This document shows, in pieces, positions 28,088 to 37,597 of a stretch of 37,622 bases of DNA (positions within the stretch are counted from its first letter, which is position 1; each line of letters starts with the position of its first letter). A program made the translations under genes and the position numbers. Below the pieces are notes generated by a model. That model ran no database searches. It saw nothing but the letters and a program-made list of their open reading frames with translations, and was not told the DNA's origin. The stretch spans positions 1 to 37,622 of the forward strand of contig CAZHRF010000032.1 in assembly GCA_964534625.1 (NCBI GenBank). The letters are read 5' to 3'. Source of the DNA: an uncultured archaeon (GTDB lineage Archaea; Asgardarchaeota; Heimdallarchaeia; Heimdallarchaeales; Heimdallarchaeaceae).

Positions 28088-29443
28088 CTAATTGAAAGAA
28101 GAATAAAGTTTGGTAATCTTATCTTGCCAGATTGCTAGATCAGAAGGTACAGAAGGATATTCTTGACATAAACGATCCATTTTTTTGTGAGCATCAAGTC
28201 CTTTCTTTAGTAGTAATACCAATGAGAATTTAGGAAAACAACGTAGTAATCGTTTTACGAGCGCTAAATGGGACAGTGGGTTGGTCTGTCCCTCTGAAGT
28301 AAGATCTCTTTGGGTAATAACTTTCTTTTTTATTAAAAACTCAATGTTTTCTCTTCCAAGTTTAGTAAGCAAAAAGGTTGTAATGGCATCTCTAAGGTGT
28401 TCACAACCGAATTCATGGATGGTTTTTTTATTATAGGTCCACAAAAATTTCTTTGAATAATTTTTTGCTCGTATGGCTTCAACAGCTGTTTCTCCAGCAT
28501 AGAAACCAGCTAATAATGCAGGACCATGTCCCTCTGCTGTTAAAGGATTTGCATGAAACGCTGCATCACCTGCTATTAGTAAACCATTCGATACCGCATT
28601 AAGGAGAGGAGGACGAGTTGGTACAACATCGCCTCGACCATCAAGTATTGAATATGAACTATTAGGAAAAACTTTCTTCATATAGTCATTATAAATTTTT
28701 TTAACACTTAGATTGGTATTTTTTCCCACTTTCATAAAACCTGTGCCACAGTTGAGTTTTTTTGGACCATCACCGAAAATCCAAAAGTAAGCTGGTTCAG
28801 GTATGGAATCATCATATTTTAAAACGATTTTTTTAGTAAATTCGTGATTTCCTTCTTTTAATTGTATAATCTCTCGATAACAAGATGAATATTCCTCTCT
28901 TTTAAGTCCAGTATAAAGTAACTCATCGAAATCTCGCGGTAAATTAGTTCTAACAACGGATCTGAGACCGCTACAATCAATTGTTATATGTCCATGGATT
29001 TCTTTAATCTCATCCTTTAATTTAGTTTTTACTCCTATTACTTTTTTATCCTTTATTATTGGGTGTAAAACTTTAGCACTCTCATAAAGATTTACTCCTA
29101 CATCCAAGGCCTCTTGTAGCAATCTTTGCCCATATATATGTCTGTCAATCATATAGCCTATAGAGGGATAAGTAAGTGAGGACATTGAACCTTTTCCCAT
29201 ATTCAAAACCATTGTTTCAATTGGGGCATTTATCTCTCCTCCTTTGGGATATTCAATTCCAAGTTTATTTGATACCTTTATAACTGATTTTTTTGAAATT
29301 GCCTCTCCACATACTTTATTTCCTATTTCGTTTTTTGTTTTTTTATCAATTAGACAAACATCCATCCCTTCTTTCCCACATTTTATACTAGCTGAAACAC
29401 CAGCTGGTCCAGCACCAACAATTATAATATCATGTTTTCTCAT
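28088..29443 (-). CDS. Geranylgeranyl reductase family FAD-dependent oxidoreductase
   Basis: GAGPAG, KVCGEA, IDR, YFWIF, GDAA..NPLTAEG. Confidence 0.88.
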   Translation of the reverse strand: MRKHDIIIVGAGPAGVSASIKCGKEGMDVCLIDKKTKNEIGNKVCGEAISKKSVIKVSNKLGIEYPKGGEINAPIETMVLNMGKGSMSSLTYPSIGYMIDRHIYGQRLLQEALDVGVNLYESAKVLHPIIKDKKVIGVKTKLKDEIKEIHGHITIDCSGLRSVVRTNLPRDFDELLYTGLKREEYSSCYREIIQLKEGNHEFTKKIVLKYDDSIPEPAYFWIFGDGPKKLNCGTGFMKVGKNTNLSVKKIYNDYMKKVFPNSSYSILDGRGDVVPTRPPLLNAVSNGLLIAGDAAFHANPLTAEGHGPALLAGFYAGETAVEAIRAKNYSKKFLWTYNKKTIHEFGCEHLRDAITTFLLTKLGRENIEFLIKKKVITQRDLTSEGQTNPLSHLALVKRLLRCFPKFSLVLLLKKGLDAHKKMDRLCQEYPSVPSDLAIWQDKITKLYSSFN

Positions 29444-29521
29444 GTTTTCTCATAAATACTAGTAAATTATAAATATTAACTTGAAAAATAATAAAAACAC
29501 CGCGAAAAAAAGTTGAATATA

Positions 29522-31078
29522 TCATGGTAATGAAACCATATCTCTTTTGATTATAGAATCAGAATCTAGGATCTCCCCCTCTTTCTTTTCTCCAATTTGG
29601 ATTTTAAATAATTCAAATAGTGGTTCTTTAGTTCCCGTTATTTTAATTTCTACCTTTGTCAAATTATTTTTTTTGGGTAAATCTGTTACCCATGAAAGTT
29701 TCTTCTTTTCACCGTCAGTTTCTTCAACAATTTGTGTGTCTTCGGGTATTTTTGTCATAATTAGATGTTGATTAGGAATTGCATCTAAAATGGAAACATT
29801 TTTTTTCTGTTCTATATTAATATTCTTAATCACATAAATTAATTTATATGACTCTTGTCCTTGTATTGGATAAATAATTTTAACTGCTTTTGCAACTTCA
29901 TTTCCGTTTCCATCTATGTAAACCTTTTTACCTCTAAATAAATAAGGATAGTAATCAAGAATATAACTTTTTTCGAGTACATCTTGCTTATCTATTTTTT
30001 TGTGTACCCATTTTACTTTTACTCCTTTTTTTCTAACTTCTTCAACAAGTCCCTCTGGAGGAATAGTATCTGGATTAGTTCTAATGAGGGAGAATTCTGG
30101 GGGGATTTCATCAGTTATATATAATGACAATGGTTTGTTTGTCAAATTGATATATTTTGTATCTGCGAGATACTTTAACCCTTCTTCTTTTATCTCTTCA
30201 TAACTATTCAAAACATTGACTTTATCATCAGCAATTTCAACAATTGTTCTGTTAATTCTTCGTCTCATATTGTAGCTGATCTCAATTTTCTTCTTAGGTT
30301 CAACTTCTGGAATTTCCCAGATGACTTCAAGAGCATGATCTTGTTTTTTCTTTAAAGGTTCAATATTTGCCCCCTCTATATCTATTTTTTCAATTTTAAA
30401 AGAATAAGGGATTTCATTGATTATTTGAACATCAGAAACTGTTTCCTCATAATCATTTTCGAACCCAGATAGTATGTTATAGTTGCCAATCTCATTCCCT
30501 ACGTCGATGCTATCTTTTTTTAATAACTCTTTTGTTTCACCATTTGGTAATGTAAAAGAAGTTCTGGATTTAATTTCTTCTGGTACTTCAACCTTGTTTT
30601 CTTCAATTAGTTTTCTTACAAATTCATCTCTCTGAAATTCATCTTTTGGAAGCTCAATTAGTGAGGATGTATGTCCTGTTATTATGTTGTCTTCTGCAAT
30701 CTCATAGGCTTGCTCGAAAAGAGTATTGTCGATGGACTTCTTTTCTTCAACAATCTTTTCAAACTCTGGTTCAAACAATTCGTCACTTTTCAATAAACGC
30801 ATAATTAAATTGTAATCACTAGCCACACCCATCTCATTGAAATATTCTTCTACCCAACGAGCAACTCGAGTTTCATGAGGTGCTAGAATTGTTGACCAGA
30901 AATCAAAAACCGTTTGCACAATTTCTTTTAGATTATTACACTCTTTTTCTTGAATTAAACCTTTTGTATCATAAAAAGCCACTATACCACTTGTAGTAGT
31001 TGAAAAAATGTTGCTATTTAAATCGATTTTAATAAAATAACGGGTAGATCCCCATATACCTTTTCCTTGTGTCATCAT
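29522..31078 (-). CDS. Hypothetical protein with three tandem beta-sandwich repeats
   Basis: Three (D/N)xIP motifs (NEIPYSF, DEIPPEF, DAIPNQH), each followed about 25-30 aa later by a W-containing strand. Confidence 0.6.
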   Translation of the reverse strand: MMTQGKGIWGSTRYFIKIDLNSNIFSTTTSGIVAFYDTKGLIQEKECNNLKEIVQTVFDFWSTILAPHETRVARWVEEYFNEMGVASDYNLIMRLLKSDELFEPEFEKIVEEKKSIDNTLFEQAYEIAEDNIITGHTSSLIELPKDEFQRDEFVRKLIEENKVEVPEEIKSRTSFTLPNGETKELLKKDSIDVGNEIGNYNILSGFENDYEETVSDVQIINEIPYSFKIEKIDIEGANIEPLKKKQDHALEVIWEIPEVEPKKKIEISYNMRRRINRTIVEIADDKVNVLNSYEEIKEEGLKYLADTKYINLTNKPLSLYITDEIPPEFSLIRTNPDTIPPEGLVEEVRKKGVKVKWVHKKIDKQDVLEKSYILDYYPYLFRGKKVYIDGNGNEVAKAVKIIYPIQGQESYKLIYVIKNINIEQKKNVSILDAIPNQHLIMTKIPEDTQIVEETDGEKKKLSWVTDLPKKNNLTKVEIKITGTKEPLFELFKIQIGEKKEGEILDSDSIIKRDMVSLP

Positions 31079-31686
31079 TCTAACCTCACTATCTCAGTTT
31101 TAGAAATAACTTCATACTCTTCTCTATTTTCAGTAGAATTCACAAAATCATCAGCACTATTTGAACGGTGATTATAGGTTTTAATTTTATATGTTCCCTT
31201 AGGAAAATTAGTTTCTATGTAATTCTTTATTTCACCTAAAGATTCAAAATATATAACTGGTGATCCAACTATTGATACATAATCGCCAAATATATCCTCT
31301 TTTTGGATTTCTACTATCTCTTTTTTATCGGGTTTCGACATTCTATTATCAAAAATTCTTTTGGCAAGATTAATGTGAAAGTTATTTAATTTTTGATTAT
31401 CTGCTTTAGAGTAAATGGCTTTCGCTTTTTCAATTTCATCTGTAAAGAGATATCTTGTAATTAGTTTACTATATGCATATGCGAGGTTTTCTTCCTCTCC
31501 TTCTTCGTCAATATTTTCTAAGGTTTCAGAGAAAAATTGCCAAAGAATTAGGGATTCCAGTATTTCATTATTTTTTTCTAATTCCATGGTTTTTCCCTCT
31601 AAAAATCTTAACGCTTCCTCAGCACCTTCAGCTGTTAATATTTTTTTTACACTTTGAATAATACTATCTAAATTATTGCTATTCAA
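31075..31686 (-). CDS. Hypothetical protein (helical N-terminus), translationally coupled to the downstream gene
   Basis: 203-aa ORF with ATGA overlap at 31075-31078. Confidence 0.65.
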   Translation of the reverse strand: MNSNNLDSIIQSVKKILTAEGAEEALRFLEGKTMELEKNNEILESLILWQFFSETLENIDEEGEEENLAYAYSKLITRYLFTDEIEKAKAIYSKADNQKLNNFHINLAKRIFDNRMSKPDKKEIVEIQKEDIFGDYVSIVGSPVIYFESLGEIKNYIETNFPKGTYKIKTYNHRSNSADDFVNSTENREEYEVISKTEIVRLE

Positions 31687-31900
31687 GACTAATCACATTC
31701 CACCGTTTACCCGTTTACCGTTTACAATTATACTGTACTATAATATATTATAAGATTTTTTGATTTTTTGACTTAAGATTGTTAGAGTTTCACTTATTAA
31801 AACTAATTGGTCAATTAAAAAGTATCCTTTCTTATGAACTTATCTGGAACTTGTACATGTATCTAAGTTCATAACCCATAAAGTTAAAAAAATATTCTTT

Positions 31901-32923
31901 ATGTCCTATTTGATGTCAAAATTAGAAAAGAAAGAATTTTGTGCCTTTCATTATAAAACTAAATCCGATGGTACATGTAGTCGATGTGGCTTATCTATTT
32001 GTCAACTAGACCAACATTACAATGAAAATGTTGAACGTATATGTCCATTGTGTGCAAATTCTGTTAAAAACAAAGGTAAAATGCGCCTAATAAACATGCT
32101 AGTATGGACACTGATTTTGGCATTTCCAATACTATGGATAACAACGGATATTGATTTTTATTATTTGATGTTGGGTGTCATAGCATTTTTTGGTCTGTTA
32201 AATTATGTTTTGAAACCTTTAATGTTAAAAGTAAACTTTAGTGGATTAGAAAAAAGTGAGATGATCCTTCCTCTGTTGCAATATTTTGAAGCTACAGGTA
32301 ATGAAGATTATTATGATTATTTTATTAAATACCTCTCAAAGATGTCAAATGACACACTACAAGAAATGAAACCATATCTTTTAAGATATTTAGTACCTGC
32401 AATAATTTTTAACTATACTAAACTACCTGAAGATTGGGATGCAAAACTATTAACTGCTTTAAATTATACGGAAAAAGAATTTGCAAAATTAATAATTGCT
32501 GATTATCGGAATCTTGTATTAAGAATAGCTGTCAATCATTGTGAACCAGAAGTATCAAAATTCATCTTATATCTAGGTAAAGTTACAGGAGATGAGGAAT
32601 TCATTAAAGAGTATATTCGTGAAATCACTTCTGATGAAATTATGAATCTTGAAGAGAAAGAGATAAAGAGTCTATATAAAAAACTGTTAGAAGAACTATT
32701 TGTGTATGAAGATACATTTTATGAACTCTGTGATAAATATGAGCTAAACAAAGAAAAAGAACGTATTCAAGCACTTCTTTCTATCTATGAACCTCCCGCT
32801 GTACCTACTTCTATGTTAGAAGCAATGTTACCGCAAGAACAAATTGATTTGAAAAGAAAGCAAAAAGAATTGGGCTCGAATAGCGATATTAATTTAGAGT
32901 TAGATGTAGAACGGCCGGACTAG
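31901..32923 (+). CDS. B-box-like zinc finger + 2 TM helices + helical domain protein
   Basis: CAFH-x7-CSRC-x4-CQLD...CPLC, followed by two hydrophobic segments. Confidence 0.7.
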   Translation: MSYLMSKLEKKEFCAFHYKTKSDGTCSRCGLSICQLDQHYNENVERICPLCANSVKNKGKMRLINMLVWTLILAFPILWITTDIDFYYLMLGVIAFFGLLNYVLKPLMLKVNFSGLEKSEMILPLLQYFEATGNEDYYDYFIKYLSKMSNDTLQEMKPYLLRYLVPAIIFNYTKLPEDWDAKLLTALNYTEKEFAKLIIADYRNLVLRIAVNHCEPEVSKFILYLGKVTGDEEFIKEYIREITSDEIMNLEEKEIKSLYKKLLEELFVYEDTFYELCDKYELNKEKERIQALLSIYEPPAVPTSMLEAMLPQEQIDLKRKQKELGSNSDINLELDVERPD

Positions 32924-33044
32924 ATCCTTTAATACTTTCTTTATGATAATTGTTCCTTCTCATGTTTCCCTTCTAAAAATTTTCATAAAAAAGCCTTTTC
33001 TACAATATGAAAATAAATAATAAGTAGAATAAGTAAAGAAAAAT

Positions 33045-33127
33045 AGGGGAGCCGAGATGATAGGGATTATTCAACCACTGATCGAGGTAAACTATGATGA
33101 TCTCAGCTCACATAGATCGGTTCTCCT
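33045..33127 (+). ncRNA. C/D-box guide sRNA (LSU rRNA guide) with variant terminal K-turn
   Basis: 11-bp terminal stem AGGGGAGCCGA/TCGGTTCTCCT; C-like ATGATA 33057-33062; D' CTGA 33078-33081; C' ATGATGA 33094-33100; D-like TAGA 33113-33116; T-rich tail. Confidence 0.75.
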
Positions 33128-33224
33128 CTTATCTTTTCTTTAATCCTCAATGAAATAAAAAAAGCTTTTAAACTATTTTAATACATCAACATGTAAATTA
33201 CATAGTACTGAGAAGAGATGGCAT

Positions 33225-34847
33225 TTGAGTATAACTTTTACACAATTAAAAAAGATCTTTAAGGGTTTTCTTTCTGTTCTAAGTGTATCTTTAATATTGG
33301 GAACCATTGGATACTTTTTAATCTCTCTTTTTTTACAAATTACATATTTATCTTATAATCTCTCTTTTTTCTCCGCATATTTTGAAATCATTTTAAACAT
33401 CATTATATTGTTATATGAAACATTCGCCCTACTCTTTCTTTGTTTTTTATTTATTATACTTAAAAATGCCATCCAAATTTATGAACAAGAGAAACAGTTT
33501 ACAGTTGCTTCTTATCCTTCTCTTTCTATTTGTATCCCCGTAAATGAACCCAACTTATCTGTCCTTAAACAAACATTTAAAGTGCTCTCTAATATTAACT
33601 ATCCAAGATCAAAATTTTCAGTACTTTTGGGGGATGATACTTTGATTTCCCCACTAAAAGAGAGCGAACAACAAAAATTGAAACAAATACTTCCCTTCGA
33701 GTATATTTACGCCCCTGAAAATACATCATTTAAAGCTGGAATGATGAATATTCTTCTTCAGAAGACACAGGCTGAATATATTATTTTTTTAGATTACGAT
33801 CATATCATCGTCGAGGATTTTCCATTAAAGTCGATCTCGATTCTTGAAAACAACAAAGATTTGTCTTATGTTCAAGCTAAAGTGAATTTCAGGAATATCC
33901 AATCATATATTCAAAAATGGCAAGTACTTATGTATGCATTGTTCTTTGAAGTGTTTAACATCTCAACATTAAGGGAATCTAATGTGCTCTTCAACGGGTC
34001 AACGTGCTGTTTCCGGAAAAAAAGTTTAACAAGGATAGGTGGTGTGCCTGAATCCTCAATAACCGAGGATATAAGCTTGAGCCTTCTACTCATTCTCTCC
34101 AATAAAAAAGGTTATTTATTGAATGAATATGGAAGTTATGGTTTAGTACCTACAGAGTTTTCTATGGTACTATCACAAGTGTTACGGTGGGCAGAAGGAT
34201 GTATGCAAAATCTTAGATTATATGGCAAATCTATTTTAAGAGGAGATCTGTCTGGATTAGAAAAAATAGATATTCTTTCAAACCTTTCCGTCTTTCTTCT
34301 TTCTTCATCGCTATTAGTAGAAAGTGTTCTTATCCTATTGGCGTATGGTTTTGGTTATAATATGATTAGAATTGAGTATGTTCTATCCTTTTCTCTTCTC
34401 ATCCCTTTTGTGGTCTTTAGTTTATCTGTCCTCTTTGCAAGTATAGTTGCATGTGTACACATAAGAACAAATCGACAAATTGACTTATACATCAAAGATA
34501 TACCATTATTACTCTATTTATTTATGGTTCTAAACCCGTTTACTATTTACTCTTTTTTCATTGGATTTGTTTTATATAAGAAACCAGATAAATCACACAC
34601 AAAATGGAACCGAGATATTCCTATTGTATTAATATCGCTATTAAGTAGTTGTTATGGTAGTTTACTTTTATTCTTAGGTATATATGAGTACATCAAAATA
34701 ACTGAATGTACTCCTTTTTTATTGTATTTTATTATTTTTGGTTTATTCTTATTTCTAACTTATCCAACTGTTCAAATTTTACAGAGTAGATCAAAAAATG
34801 ATAACCCTTATTTATCTTATCCAAGTCAGAAAGTAGGGAAAGAGTAG
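33225..34847 (+). CDS. Membrane GT2 processive glycosyltransferase (cellulose synthase-like)
   Basis: DD, FKAG, DYD (DxD), FNGS, TED, QVLRW (QxxRW); multiple TM helices at both ends. Confidence 0.9.
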   Translation: MSITFTQLKKIFKGFLSVLSVSLILGTIGYFLISLFLQITYLSYNLSFFSAYFEIILNIIILLYETFALLFLCFLFIILKNAIQIYEQEKQFTVASYPSLSICIPVNEPNLSVLKQTFKVLSNINYPRSKFSVLLGDDTLISPLKESEQQKLKQILPFEYIYAPENTSFKAGMMNILLQKTQAEYIIFLDYDHIIVEDFPLKSISILENNKDLSYVQAKVNFRNIQSYIQKWQVLMYALFFEVFNISTLRESNVLFNGSTCCFRKKSLTRIGGVPESSITEDISLSLLLILSNKKGYLLNEYGSYGLVPTEFSMVLSQVLRWAEGCMQNLRLYGKSILRGDLSGLEKIDILSNLSVFLLSSSLLVESVLILLAYGFGYNMIRIEYVLSFSLLIPFVVFSLSVLFASIVACVHIRTNRQIDLYIKDIPLLLYLFMVLNPFTIYSFFIGFVLYKKPDKSHTKWNRDIPIVLISLLSSCYGSLLLFLGIYEYIKITECTPFLLYFIIFGLFLFLTYPTVQILQSRSKNDNPYLSYPSQKVGKE

Positions 34848-35105
34848 TCTATGAAAAAAAAATACTTTTGGTACGCTTTATTACTGGGTGAACGTACTCC
34901 TTTATAAATAACGTGAAAATGACTAGAAAAGTGAATCAAAAAGGGAGAAAAAAGAAAAAATGAGTGAAGAAAAAAATAAGGTAAAAAAACATCGCTGGTG
35001 ACGCGATCACCTATCCCAAAGTAAGCTTTTTTGATAACAAAAAAATAAAAAAGATATAAAAGAAATGGAAACTCAAATAGTAAGATTAAATACACAAATA
35101 GTAGG

Positions 35106-35468
35106 ATGAGAACAGAAACAAGAGCAGACAAATACGATAGTCGAAAGTGGAAAGAGTATTGAGAAAGCCAGTATATTCTTATTTTTTGGTTTTGCAAGGA
35201 TATACATATTTCTGCTATTAGTAAGAATTTTGGGCGATATAATATAAAAGATACAATATTAATTTTAGTTATAGGTATTTTAGTATTAGATACTTTACCT
35301 ATCAAATATCTTATACGCCTATTGCGATTTGATGAGGAGATAAGAAAAGAAAAACCAGATAAAAAAGTGATAACAGATGGAATAGGAACGTTAATTATTT
35401 TTGTATTGCTAATATTATTTGACTATTTCCCTGATTCATTCACTACCCGATGTTCTAAAAATAGTTGA
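35106..35468 (+). pseudogene. Possible degraded membrane protein gene with in-frame TGA at 35160-35162
   Basis: ATG 35106, 18 codons, TGA, then about 100 open codons with hydrophobic segments to TGA 35466-35468. Confidence 0.3.
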
Positions 35469-35571
35469 AAATAGGATTTTTTATTCATATTGGGATAGAG
35501 TAGATGAGAAAACTACGAGTAGTTAATAGATAAGATAGAAATAGAATAATTAAGGATGGTATTGCAATCAT

Positions 35572-35787
35572 TTATTTATTAAGTTTTATAGAAAACAAGG
35601 TCCCTATCATAGTTAAGATGCCAAAAATATAACCAATAACGAACCATTTAATATTATTTCTTGAAACAGCAAACGATATCGGTGTAAAAGATATACCTAT
35701 GTCCCACTCCTTCTCTTCTTTTTTCTTATTTTGACCTAGAATCAGTTCTTCAGTTATTTTATCCAATTGAATCAGATCAGTTTTCAT
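35572..35787 (-). CDS. Small membrane protein
   Basis: 71 aa with a C-terminal TM helix (WFVIGYIFGILTMIGTLF). Confidence 0.5.
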   Translation of the reverse strand: MKTDLIQLDKITEELILGQNKKKEEKEWDIGISFTPISFAVSRNNIKWFVIGYIFGILTMIGTLFSIKLNK

Positions 35788-35887
35788 TTTTACTAAAATA
35801 TCCGAGGGATCTTTCGTGAAGAATAGTCTTTTAATTGTGGTAGAATACTTGTGTTTCTTTTGTTTTTTTGTCTTCCTCTGTTATTGC

Positions 35888-36763
35888 TTATAGATAACAT
35901 TTTCTCACATTAAGATCATGAATAATCGTATCAACCATGTCAGAAAGAAGGATATGCGGGGAAGAATTGATACATAAGGGAAGCTCATCACGAACATCGT
36001 GGTCTTCAACAAAAACCTTTGCGGTATGGTCGACACACGAAGGTAAGAGCCCTAAAAAGGCTATATCAGGTGTAACTGTTTGTAACGTTTTTATCCATGA
36101 GGTAAGATGGACGTGTTCTTTTATACAACGATGAGCTGAAACGGGATGGAATAAAAAGAATGTAGTTGTGTCTACAGCTAAAGGTGAATAAACAGTAGTA
36201 AGTAAGTGCTTAGCTGCCTCATACGCAGAAATAGTGGGGTGTATACTTAGCACCCGTGTATCACTCAGTCCAATAGCAGTAAGACTTTCACGTGTGTGTC
36301 CTGGAGGACAATTAAATACAAGCAAGCGGTATCCTAGTTTCCTAGCTTTACCAATTAGCGCGTTCAAACGGAAAAGAATATGTGGATAGAGAGAATCATT
36401 CAAGGTACGTGAGTCTTTGCCCAGATCTATGTGCATATCGACCGGGAGGACATCTAAACAAGGATAGGCGGTGTTAGTAGCTGAACCATGTGTAAAAACT
36501 TTTTTTCCAAGTAAGAGGTCAGTACTAGTACACGAAGGTTCAGAATCTAAGGTGAACAGACAAGTAATGGTGGGGTGGGGCGGGATAAGATCCAAGTCAA
36601 CTAAGAGGGTTTTATATCCCCGTTGAGCTACGATAGATGCTATATTCGCAGTTAATGTACTCGTCTCTTGTCTCCCTTCATGAGAATGCACAGTAAGTAC
36701 ATCCGTTCTAGTAGGTGGACACTCTGTTTTCCTAGTAAAATGCAAGGGAGTAATGTTATTCAT
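35888..36763 (-). CDS. Degenerate MinD/ParA-family ATPase
   Basis: Fold motifs TVHS...ST.TANIA, GYKTLLVDLDL, LDVLP, FNCPPG; Walker A reads HEGRQETST (no GKT) and Walker B Asp is Asn. Confidence 0.75.
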   Translation of the reverse strand: MNNITPLHFTRKTECPPTRTDVLTVHSHEGRQETSTLTANIASIVAQRGYKTLLVDLDLIPPHPTITCLFTLDSEPSCTSTDLLLGKKVFTHGSATNTAYPCLDVLPVDMHIDLGKDSRTLNDSLYPHILFRLNALIGKARKLGYRLLVFNCPPGHTRESLTAIGLSDTRVLSIHPTISAYEAAKHLLTTVYSPLAVDTTTFFLFHPVSAHRCIKEHVHLTSWIKTLQTVTPDIAFLGLLPSCVDHTAKVFVEDHDVRDELPLCINSSPHILLSDMVDTIIHDLNVRKCYL

Positions 36764-36912
36764 ACATTGTATATATATCGTATAATATATAAATATTTTC
36801 GATAAGAGCAGTAGACACTAGGAGGATAAATTATCGCCCCAGTCTAAACGTTCAAAGCTAGCTGGATACGTATAACAAGGGAGCAAGGAATAAACCCAAC
36901 CGAGTACCGTAC

Positions 36913-37224
36913 TTACGTTTCTTGAAGTGTCATGTAAGTGTTCATTAACGAGAGGATGTTATCAGCTATTATTCGCCCTTTCTTAGTCAAGGAAAGAAAA
37001 TGGTTGGAATAGTCTTTTGTACTGGTAATAAGTCCAGCTGAGGTAAGTACTTCAACCGAACTATACAGGGATGATTGTGATACTTTAATTTGATGGGTGT
37101 GGAGTAAATGGGAAATGATTGTTTTATCTTGTTCCTTTTCTTGTTTGATCAGATGAAGGTATACAAGGATCTGCATTGCCCCTTTTTTTTCAAAGACACG
37201 AAAAAAGTCCTCAGACAAGTCCAT
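36913..37224 (-). CDS. Winged-helix transcriptional regulator
   Basis: KGAMQILVYL...SQSSLYSSVEVLTSAGLI...LSLTKKGRIIA wHTH signature. Confidence 0.75.
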   Translation of the reverse strand: MDLSEDFFRVFEKKGAMQILVYLHLIKQEKEQDKTIISHLLHTHQIKVSQSSLYSSVEVLTSAGLITSTKDYSNHFLSLTKKGRIIADNILSLMNTYMTLQET

Positions 37225-37597
37225 ACTAGTAGGGCATAAAATTCATACATAAACCTTTGCTTAGCTTATGCTTAACGGGAAGTAGATATAACATAACGTA
37301 AATTAATATATAAAAACGATAAGGATTATACGATATATTTATATAGACGTAGCGTGCACTTAACGAAGAGAAGACTAGTAAAGCCGATACTATACAGGTA
37401 GTGTCAAACAATAGACATGACAAAAGGCAAGACGCTATGTGCCTACGAGGTGGAGACGGGTATATAGCCTGGTGAGAGAACGCCACCCCATGTCTTCTTG
37501 CTCCACCTTCATCTTTACTAGTATGCATTAGTATTAGTCAATCGACAAATGAATTACCCTCTATTTAATGTGCAAAATGATATATAAAGGAGATAAA

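Noticed and set aside
35160-35162. Selenocysteine recoding of the in-frame TGA
   Set aside because: No redox motif context and no SECIS-like hairpin recognised.
34826-35305. 159-aa minus-strand ORF
   Set aside because: Phe/Leu-rich translation of the complement of an A-rich tract; it overlaps the GT2 stop and has no motifs.
502-36134. Numerous 60-110-aa ORFs antisense to or overlapping identified genes (e.g. 502-717, 1178-1411, 5949-6191, 17941-18267, 23466-23732, 29244-29462)
   Set aside because: Shadow frames of well-supported genes, with no independent coding signal.
37226-37528. 100-aa minus-strand ORF
   Set aside because: Atypical composition and no recognisable motif; probably intergenic DNA between divergent genes.
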